Source: an uncultured Rhodopirellula sp.
GTDB taxonomy: Bacteria > Planctomycetota > Planctomycetia > Pirellulales > Pirellulaceae
Length of the DNA: 20,000 bases
Reading direction: 5' to 3'
Assembly: GCA_964007735.1 (NCBI GenBank)
Contig: CAXGAI010000008.1
Span: 112,875-132,874 of the forward strand
The notes under the pieces are model-generated. The model was given only the letters and a program-made list of their open reading frames with translations, did no database searches and was not told the origin of the DNA. Position 1 is the first letter of the stretch. Each line of letters starts with the position of its first letter. Positions 8,293 to 15,900 of the stretch are shown here, one piece after another. Position numbers and translations under genes: made by a program.

Positions 8293-8889
8293 GTGGTTAA
8301 AACTGCAAGTACAATGCTGCCGCTTGGCACACAGGCACCCGATTTCTCTTTGATAAATACCGATAGCCAGAAAGTCTCACTGTCAGACTTTTCTGGTAAA
8401 CCAGCGTTACTGGTTATGTTCATCTGCAATCACTGTCCTTTTGTAAAGCATATTGCCGAGGAGTTATCAGTCCTGGGACGTGAGTACCAATCACGTGGGG
8501 CTGGCATTGTAGCGATTAGCAGTAACGACTCCACGAAATACCCAGAAGATTCCCCTGAGCAAATGGTCCACGAATCCGAAAATCGTGGCTATGTTTTCCC
8601 ATATCTGTTCGACGAAGATCAGGCAGTTGCTAAAGCATACAAAGCTGCCTGTACACCTGACTTCTTTTTGTTCGACGGGGAGCAGAAACTCGTATACCGC
8701 GGCCAATTGGACGCAAGCCGACCAGGCAATGGAATTCCTGTAACTGGAGCCGATTTGCGTAGTGCGCTTGATGCCATTCTCAGTGGTCAACCTGTCGCTG
8801 AAAATCAGACTCCAAGCATCGGCTGTAACATCAAATGGGTGGAAACTAAGGAACCTGAATACTTCCTTCCCAATGGAATTGACGGTTAG
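8293..8889 (+). CDS. Thioredoxin-fold AhpC/TSA family protein (PRX_like1 type)
   Basis: GTG start with AGGA upstream. Motifs: APDFSL, MFICNHCPFVKH, FPYLFDEDQ.VAKAY.AACTPDFFLFD, YRGQLD.SRPGN, PSIGCNIKW. Confidence 0.92.
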   Translation: MVKTASTMLPLGTQAPDFSLINTDSQKVSLSDFSGKPALLVMFICNHCPFVKHIAEELSVLGREYQSRGAGIVAISSNDSTKYPEDSPEQMVHESENRGYVFPYLFDEDQAVAKAYKAACTPDFFLFDGEQKLVYRGQLDASRPGNGIPVTGADLRSALDAILSGQPVAENQTPSIGCNIKWVETKEPEYFLPNGIDG

Positions 8890-8892
8890 TAG

Positions 8893-8934
8893 AACGTCCG
8901 CAGTCAATATGGCTAATCAAGGCGGAGCCGTTTT
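8893..8934. terminator. Imperfect hairpin between convergent genes, possible terminator
   Basis: AACG-TCCGC...GCGGA-gc-CGTT with an inner AGTCA/TGGCT pairing, ending in TTTT. Confidence 0.3.
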
Positions 8935-9916
8935 AAGTGTTTCTAGCTGGGAAATCCAGAAACACTTTTAGGGCTCCGTCTTGTCGTTGACTGAAAACTT
9001 CAAAGGCTTCCTGGATATCTTTAAGTTGCATGTGATGGGTAATGATGGGTGAAACATCCACACGACCTTCAGCAATCCAACGCATCGCCAATGGAAAGTC
9101 GATTTCGAAATCCGGAACGACACTGGCATAAAGTGTAATATTCTTCCAAAAGAGCTTATATAAGCTGATTTCCTGTAAGGTCTGAGTAGGGACTCCAAAG
9201 AAGAAAACATTACCATGCTCTTTGCAAATTTCCAGACAAAGATTGACGACCTGTTCACGGTGGCCAACGCACTCAATAACCAGATCCGGCTTTTGACCAC
9301 CGAGCGTTTTCTGGACAGCGGCAGCAATCTCCTCATCACTCTGCCCTGTACTCACCTGTAAGGTCTCCGTAGCTCCCATTTGAGGAGATACCTTGAGACG
9401 TTCAGCATTCAGGTCAACTCCAATAATCTGGCGACAACCGAGTTGTTTTAGGGTAACATTCCACAATTGCCCCATTGGTCCCTGACCGATGACTGCCACA
9501 TTGAGTCCCTGTAGGTTTGGCAAACGACGTGTTGCAAAGAGAACTGTGCCTAGTGGCTGAGCGAGTAACGCTTCACGGAGGTCGGGTCTGGCATCCACAG
9601 GGATTGCCTGCTTTTCGGTACAAACAAACCGCTCCTGAAGTCCCATTTGACGATATGGGACGCACAAGACCTGATCACCCACTTTGAATTTACTTCCGTT
9701 GGTATCAACAACTGTGCCGATCATTTCATGTAGTGAATGACCAATCTCCGGCTTATAGGCAGGGTTATCTGCCTCGAAGTAGAGAAGGTCTGACCCGCAA
9801 AGACAAGCAAGTTCGGGTTGGAAAATGATATCGCCGCCTTCACTTCCCTGAAGCGTCGGTTCTTCAATATCAATCATCCGAATCTGTTTTTCATCATAGA
9901 TTTCAGCAGCTAACAC
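8933..9916 (-). CDS. Zinc-binding medium-chain dehydrogenase/reductase (threonine/sorbitol dehydrogenase-like)
   Basis: GTG start with AGGA upstream. Catalytic-Zn motifs CLCGSD and HE..G.V, Rossmann VAVIGQGPMG, GVD...RL, DLVIECVG, and C-terminal IITH...L.DIQEAF...ALKV. Confidence 0.88.
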   Translation of the reverse strand: MLAAEIYDEKQIRMIDIEEPTLQGSEGGDIIFQPELACLCGSDLLYFEADNPAYKPEIGHSLHEMIGTVVDTNGSKFKVGDQVLCVPYRQMGLQERFVCTEKQAIPVDARPDLREALLAQPLGTVLFATRRLPNLQGLNVAVIGQGPMGQLWNVTLKQLGCRQIIGVDLNAERLKVSPQMGATETLQVSTGQSDEEIAAAVQKTLGGQKPDLVIECVGHREQVVNLCLEICKEHGNVFFFGVPTQTLQEISLYKLFWKNITLYASVVPDFEIDFPLAMRWIAEGRVDVSPIITHHMQLKDIQEAFEVFSQRQDGALKVFLDFPARNT

Positions 9917-10074
9917 AATTCCATTCCTAACCTGTTACAAGCAAACGCAAACAATAAAAGTTCGTCTGCGTCTTAAACACTTTTCTATCTACCGTTCAAT
10001 CTACCTTTCTCTGGAAGTGGAATACAGTACCACGCAGGGCATTCCTCTTGAAAGCAAGTGAAGGAATCCCGACT

Positions 10075-10083
10075 TGGTATACT
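10075..10083 (+). promoter_or_regulatory. Extended -10 promoter candidate for the amidohydrolase gene
   Basis: TGGTATACT (TGn + TATACT), 48 nt upstream of ATG 10132. Its position argues against the TTG start at 10048. Confidence 0.45.
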
Positions 10084-10131
10084 GTTCTTTTCTTTCTCAT
10101 CGTTCTTCTTGTCTTCACAAAGGCATTCCAT

Positions 10132-11577
10132 ATGGCATTCAAGATTCGTGCTCTGTTTTCAATGGCTGCTATCGTAATCCTGAGCAGTCAGGCTCTCGCT
10201 CAAAAAGAAAGACTGTTCGAAACGATTGAGCAACGAGGGGAGTCAGCCTGGCAACGGGCGAAACAGATCTGGGCATGGGCAGAACCTGGCTATCAAGAAT
10301 CCAAAAGTAGTAAGCTACTGGCGGATGACCTAGCTGCTGCGGGCTTCACCGTTAAACGAGGCGTTGCGGATATTCCAACAGCCTTTACAGCCACCTATGG
10401 TAAAGATAAACCGGTCATCGGAATACTCGGTGAGTTCGATGCGTTGCCTGGCCTTAATCAGCAAGCCAGTCCCGAACGAGGAAAGCTCGAAGATAGTGAT
10501 ACGAATTATGGCCACGGCTGCGGACATCATTTGTTCGGAGTGGCTTCAGCAGAAGCTTGTGTAGCGATCGCCCAAGAAATTAAAGCTGGAACGTTCACAG
10601 GAACCGTCAGATTTTACGGCTGTCCGGCAGAAGAAGGAGGCAGCGCCAAAGTCTTCATGGTACAAGCCGGACTTTTCAAAGACTGTGATACAGTACTGCA
10701 CTGGCACCCGAGCAGCACTAATTCGGCTGGTGACCGAAGTACACTTGCTCGTAACGCTGTCAAATTTAGATTCCATGGAAAGGCGGCTCATGCAGCCGGA
10801 GCCCCGGAACAGGGGCGTAGTGCTCTGGATGCTGTCGAACTTACCAATTTCGCCGCTCAGCTTTTGAGAGAGCACACCCCAGACGGAACTCGGATCCACC
10901 ATGTGATCACAGCCGGAGGAGAGGCTCCGAATGTCGTGCCTGAATTTGCTGAAGTTTATTACTATATTCGCCACCCAAAATCACAGGTAGCTCGCGAATT
11001 ATATGCCCGACTAGTTAAGTGCGCTCAAGCGGGTGCTCTAGCCACTGAAACAAGATTAGAAATCGACTTTCAGGGTGGTATTGTTGAAATCCTTCCCAAC
11101 AATGTTCTCGCAGATATTACTCTCAAGAATTTGCGAAACCTAAATACGCTGGCATGGGATAATGAAGAAACCCAGTTTGCCGCGCGTATCCAAAACACTC
11201 TTGCTAACCCAATTCCTTTAACATCTATCAAACACGTCGTCGATGTAAGTGGAACGATTGGTATGGGGTCGACAGACGTGGGAGACGTGAGCTGGGTAGT
11301 TCCAACAACCGGATTTAATACGGCGTGTTTCGTCCCCGGCACACCAGGACATAGCTGGCAAGCGGTAGCCTGTGGTGGGACAACGGTTGCCCGGAAAGGC
11401 ATGCATTTGGCGGCAAGAGTATTAGCAGCAACAGCCTATGACTTGTTTTCCTCTCCCGAAATCATGATGGCGGCACAAGCTGAACTAAAACAAAGACTTG
11501 GCGGACAGCCTTACCGCACACTGATGGTTCCTGGACAAAAACCACCTCTGGGATACCGAAATCCACCGAAGCGATAG
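10132..11577 (+). CDS. M20 family amidohydrolase, p-aminobenzoyl-glutamate hydrolase subunit B (AbgB)-like, with Sec-type signal peptide
   Basis: Motifs: E.GYQE..SS, IPTAF.A.YG..KPVIGILGEFDALPGL.Q, GHGCGHHLFG, GCPAEEGG..K.FM, HWHP, F.GKAAHAA.APE.GRSALDA, GG.APNVVP, GSTDVGDVSW.VPT, PGHSWQ. The N-terminus MAFKIRALFSMAAIVILSSQALA-Q has an A-x-A cleavage site. Confidence 0.88.
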   Translation: MAFKIRALFSMAAIVILSSQALAQKERLFETIEQRGESAWQRAKQIWAWAEPGYQESKSSKLLADDLAAAGFTVKRGVADIPTAFTATYGKDKPVIGILGEFDALPGLNQQASPERGKLEDSDTNYGHGCGHHLFGVASAEACVAIAQEIKAGTFTGTVRFYGCPAEEGGSAKVFMVQAGLFKDCDTVLHWHPSSTNSAGDRSTLARNAVKFRFHGKAAHAAGAPEQGRSALDAVELTNFAAQLLREHTPDGTRIHHVITAGGEAPNVVPEFAEVYYYIRHPKSQVARELYARLVKCAQAGALATETRLEIDFQGGIVEILPNNVLADITLKNLRNLNTLAWDNEETQFAARIQNTLANPIPLTSIKHVVDVSGTIGMGSTDVGDVSWVVPTTGFNTACFVPGTPGHSWQAVACGGTTVARKGMHLAARVLAATAYDLFSSPEIMMAAQAELKQRLGGQPYRTLMVPGQKPPLGYRNPPKR

Positions 11578-11584
11578 TCTTGGG

Positions 11585-11611
11585 AAAATCGAGTGCTTCG
11601 CTCTTATTTTT
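11585..11611 (+). terminator. Intrinsic terminator candidate after the amidohydrolase gene
   Basis: GAGTG-CTT-CGCTC (11591-11603) followed by TTATTTTT. Flanking AAAAT/ATTTT and AGTCTT/GAGACT can extend the stem. Confidence 0.5.
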
Positions 11612-11707
11612 GAGACTAATAACGCTATCACAGGCCTCCTAAACAATTTCTTACGCCGCACCTATACCCGTCTTAAAAAGCCCAACCTATCCTCCCTGCC
11701 TTTCATG

Positions 11708-11722
11708 ATTAGATTTTCTAAT
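11708..11722. promoter_or_regulatory. LysR-type recognition box (T-N11-A palindrome)
   Basis: Perfect dyad ATTAGA-TTT-TCTAAT (ATTA-N7-TAAT), centred about 80 bp upstream of the predicted transcription start of the lysR-gltBD unit. Confidence 0.6.
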
Positions 11723-11759
11723 ACAGTGTTGAAGACAGCTAAATATCAGTTATAGGCCG

Positions 11760-11788
11760 TTGACGGTACATTTTATCGGGGATATTCT
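11760..11788 (+). promoter_or_regulatory. sigma70-like promoter of lysR-gltB-gltD
   Basis: TTGACG (11760-11765), 17-bp spacer, TATTCT (11783-11788); each hexamer is close to consensus. Confidence 0.65.
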
Positions 11789-11899
11789 AAATGATTGCCT
11801 CTAACTATTAGAGGCGATTATATTAGAGATTAATCCCTTAGGCGGTGCTGTTTTCTCTCGAAAACGTCGGGCCTGAGTTTGAAATAGGTTCGTCGTCAT

Positions 11900-12874
11900 A
11901 TGCAGATTCGTGCATTAAAGATTTTTTGTGACGTTGTTACCCGACGCAGTTTTTCCAAAGCAGCTGAAGATAACGGGATAACACAATCCGCCGCCAGCCA
12001 GACCATTCATCAAATCGAAAGCCACTTTGGTACAAAACTTCTTGATCGATCAAAACGTCCGTTCGTTGTCACTGAGGAAGGAAAAGTCTGCTTTGATCAC
12101 TGTATAAAGTTAGTGCGCCAGTTTGATGAACTAATTGCCAGACTTAATAACGTTCACAGCCACTCAGCAGACACTGTCAAAGTCGCCTCCATTTACTCCG
12201 TGGGACTAAGCTACATGAAACAGTTTGTCCAGCGTTTCACGGAATTAAATCCGGAAATCAATGTGCAACTCGAGTATCACCATCCAAGTGAAGTGTACAA
12301 CCTCGTGAAATCGGGGGACGCCGATTTAGGTTTGCTGAGCTACCCAACCGCAACGCATACCATGGCAGTCATTCCCTGGCGGGAAGAAGAGATGGTGGTA
12401 GTCGTCGCACCCGGACATCCGCTAGCTTCGGATAAATCCGTGGCGCTGCAGGACCTCAACGGGTTTGACATGATCGGCTTTGATCAAAACCTGCGTATCG
12501 GACAGGAGATTAACCGGGTGTTGGCAGATACTAATACTACTCCCAATGTTGTCATGGAATTTGACAATATTGAAACACTCAAGCGAGCCATTGAAATTAA
12601 CGCTGGTTTCAGTATCCTACCCAAAGCTCACGTTCAACGAGAAGTAGCCGGCGGTACCTTAACCACTGTTGAATTCCACTCTCATTCACTGCTTAGACCG
12701 GTCGGTATTATTCATCGCGAAAATATCAAACTCGGCGCGAACACTGAGAACTTCATTGAACTTCTCATCGGTGACACCCACACCCCAACGCTGACGACGC
12801 ACCACCAAATTAACTCCCTAAAACAACAATCTGATTTAGATTCACAATCTGAAGTTATGCCCTCCTCGAAATAA
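11900..12874 (+). CDS. LysR-type transcriptional regulator (CysL/GltC-like substrate-binding domain)
   Basis: HTH motif LKIF..VV..RSFSKAA....ITQSAASQ.I.QIE..FG.KLLDRS.R....TEEG. Effector-domain motifs F....P.I.V.L, V.SG.ADLGL, VV.PGHPLA, VMEFDNIETLKRAIE..AGFSILP. Confidence 0.93.
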   Translation: MQIRALKIFCDVVTRRSFSKAAEDNGITQSAASQTIHQIESHFGTKLLDRSKRPFVVTEEGKVCFDHCIKLVRQFDELIARLNNVHSHSADTVKVASIYSVGLSYMKQFVQRFTELNPEINVQLEYHHPSEVYNLVKSGDADLGLLSYPTATHTMAVIPWREEEMVVVVAPGHPLASDKSVALQDLNGFDMIGFDQNLRIGQEINRVLADTNTTPNVVMEFDNIETLKRAIEINAGFSILPKAHVQREVAGGTLTTVEFHSHSLLRPVGIIHRENIKLGANTENFIELLIGDTHTPTLTTHHQINSLKQQSDLDSQSEVMPSSK

Positions 12875-12905
12875 GCTGGGCTGGTGAACAGATAGAAATA
12901 GAAAT

Positions 12906-15900
12906 ATGACGATCAACAATATTGCGAAATTTGGTTTACCTGAAAAGCAGGGCCTCTATGATCCTGCATTCGAAAAGGATGCATGTGGTGTTGGCTTTGT
13001 AGCTCACATCAAAGGACAGCGGAGCCATCAAATCGTTCTGGACGCTAATGAAATCATGATGAATATGGAACATCGTGGTGCGTGTGGCTGCGAGGCAAAC
13101 ACAGGTGATGGCGCCGGAATGCTGACGGGGTTTCCGTACGATTTCATGCGTAAAGTGGCTAGCGAAGAACTCGATACAGAGCTCCCGGAAGAAGGACGCT
13201 TTGGCGCTGGGGTTGTCTTCCTGCCGCAAGATGAAGCGCAACGGGCAAAATGCAAGGGCATTGTCGAACAGATCGTTGCAGAACAAGGTCAAACGCTGGT
13301 TGGCTGGCGAACTATTCCAACCGATCCAACCGGCGCAAACATTGGATCCACTGCTTTATCAGCTATGCCTGTTTTTAACCATCTGATCATTGCGGCAGCT
13401 GACGATATCGGACACGAAGACTTCGAACGGCAACTCTACATCATTCGGAAGCGGGCCAGTCATGCATTACGCAGTGATGACTCAATGAGTGAATCCAAGT
13501 TGTTCTACGTTTGCTCACTATCATCCAAGGTAATGATTTACAAAGGCATGATGACAACCTATCAGGTTGTTCCATTCTTTTACGACTTACAAAGCGAGGA
13601 CTATACCACGCATCTAGCCATGATCCACTCTCGCTTCTCCACCAACACCTTCCCCAGTTGGGACCGAGCACAGCCATGCCGTTTCATGGCTCACAACGGC
13701 GAAATCAATACGCTTCGAGGTAACGTTAACTGGATGTCCGCTCGTGAGGGGGTGATCAAAACCAACCAATTTGGTGACGATCTTGAAAAGCTCTTCCCAA
13801 TCATCGAAGCTGACTGCTCGGACTCAGGCAACTTTGACAACGCCCTGGAATTCCTGCTCATGTCAGGACGTACCCTGCAGGAAGCCGTCATGATGATGAT
13901 CCCTGAGGCCTGGCAAAAACACGACACCATGAGTGAAAACAAACGTGCGTTTTACGAATACCACAGTTGTCTGATGGAGCCGTGGGACGGACCCGCATCG
14001 ATCGTCTATACCGACGGCAAATACATTGGTGCAATTCTGGACCGTAACGGCCTGCGACCAAGCCGCTTCTACCTAACACACGACGATCGCGTGATCATGG
14101 CAAGTGAAGTCGGAGTGCTAAAAATCGATCCTGCCAACGTAAAGTACAAAGGGCGTCTGCAACCTGGACGTATGTTCCTGATTGACTTCGAAGAAGGGCG
14201 ACTTATTCCCGATGACGAGCTAAAAGAAGAGTTCGCCAGTCGCCAACCTTATGCAGAATGGTTAAAGGAGAACCGAATTGAACTAACGGATCTGAGCCCC
14301 AAAGAAGATCACAAATCCTTTCAACCTGACTCGCTGCTATCTCGTATGCAAACCTTCGGTTATACCACCGAAACCATGCAATTCATGCTTATCCCCATGC
14401 TTCATCAGGAAAGAGACCCTGTTGGATCAATGGGAAACGACGCTGCTCTGGCCTGCCTCAGTGATCAGCCCCGCATGATCTATGACTACTTCAAACAATT
14501 ATTCGCTCAGGTAACTAACCCGGCCGTAGATTCGATTCGTGAAGGCATTATCATGTCGCTCGAATGTTACATCGGTCCGGAAAAAAATCTTGTCGAAACA
14601 ACGCCCGAGCATGCCAATCGATTATTGATCCCGCATCCCATCCTCACTAATGAAGAACTGGATGCAATCTCGAATATGGATCATCGCGGCTGGAAAACAA
14701 AGACCATCGATATTACCTATCCACGCAGTGAAAGTACTGCTGGCTTAGCTCCTGCTCTTGACCGGATCTGCCAGGAAGTCGAACAAGCCATTGCTGATGG
14801 CTATAGTATTGCTGTTTTGTCAGATCGCAATGTAGGTGCGGATCGCATTCCGGTCAGTTCCCTACTGGCAACCGGTGCAGTTCACCATCATCTGGTCGGG
14901 CAGGCCAAGCGAACTCAGATCGGCCTGATACTTGAGTCGGGTGAAGCTCGTGAAGTCCATCACCACTGTCTGTTGATCGGTTACGGTATCGACGCCATCA
15001 ACCCCTACCTGGCCTTTGAATCTCTCTGGCAGGCACGACGAGATAATCTACTTAACGAAAACATCATGGACGACAACAAAGTCGTGTCTTTATACAAGAA
15101 GGCTGTCGGCAAAGGCATGCTGAAAGTCATGGGAAAGATGGGAATCTCAACGCTGCAATCTTACAAAGGGGCTCAGATCTTCGAAGCCATCGGACTTCAG
15201 GACGAAGTCGTTGAACGCTGCTTTGTCGGAACCGCCAGTCGAGTCCAAGGTGTGAATTTCAGCGTTCTCGCCACAGAAACTGTTCGTCGCCATAACCTTG
15301 GATTTCCCGAGCGGGAAGATGACGGCTTGCCTATTCTGGCGAATCCCGGGGAATTTCACTGGCGTGCAGAAGGTGAACGACACGCATGGGATCCCTCTTC
15401 GATCGCCAATCTCCAAATCGCTGCTCGCACCAACAGTCGCGATGACTATTGGAAGTTTGCTGAACATATCAATAATGAGGAACGCAAACGTGCTTCCTTA
15501 CGGGGATTGCTTGAATTCAAAGACGGTGCTAATGGTGCCTCAATCGATATCGATGAAGTCCAACCCGTCAGCGAAATCGTAAAACGATTCGTGACAGGTG
15601 CTATGAGCTTTGGTTCGATCTCCGCAGAATCACACGAAACTCTGGCGATCGCCATGAATCGACTCGGCGGCAAAAGTAACACCGGGGAAGGGGGGGAAGA
15701 CCCCAAACGATTCACTCCATTGGAGAATGGTGATTCGAAACGCTCTGCTATCAAGCAGGTAGCCTCGGGACGATTCGGGGTAACCATTTGGTATTTGGCG
15801 AACGCTGACGAAATCCAAATCAAAATTTCACAGGGGGCAAAGCCTGGTGAGGGTGGTGAACTTCCCGGAAAAAAAGTAGACGACAACATCGCTCGGATCC

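Noticed and set aside
10048..10131. 28-aa hydrophobic N-terminal extension (possible membrane anchor) of the amidohydrolase
   Set aside because: TTG start without an RBS. The hydrophobicity comes from a T/C-rich leader, an extended -10 lies inside it, and ATG 10132 already yields a normal signal peptide.
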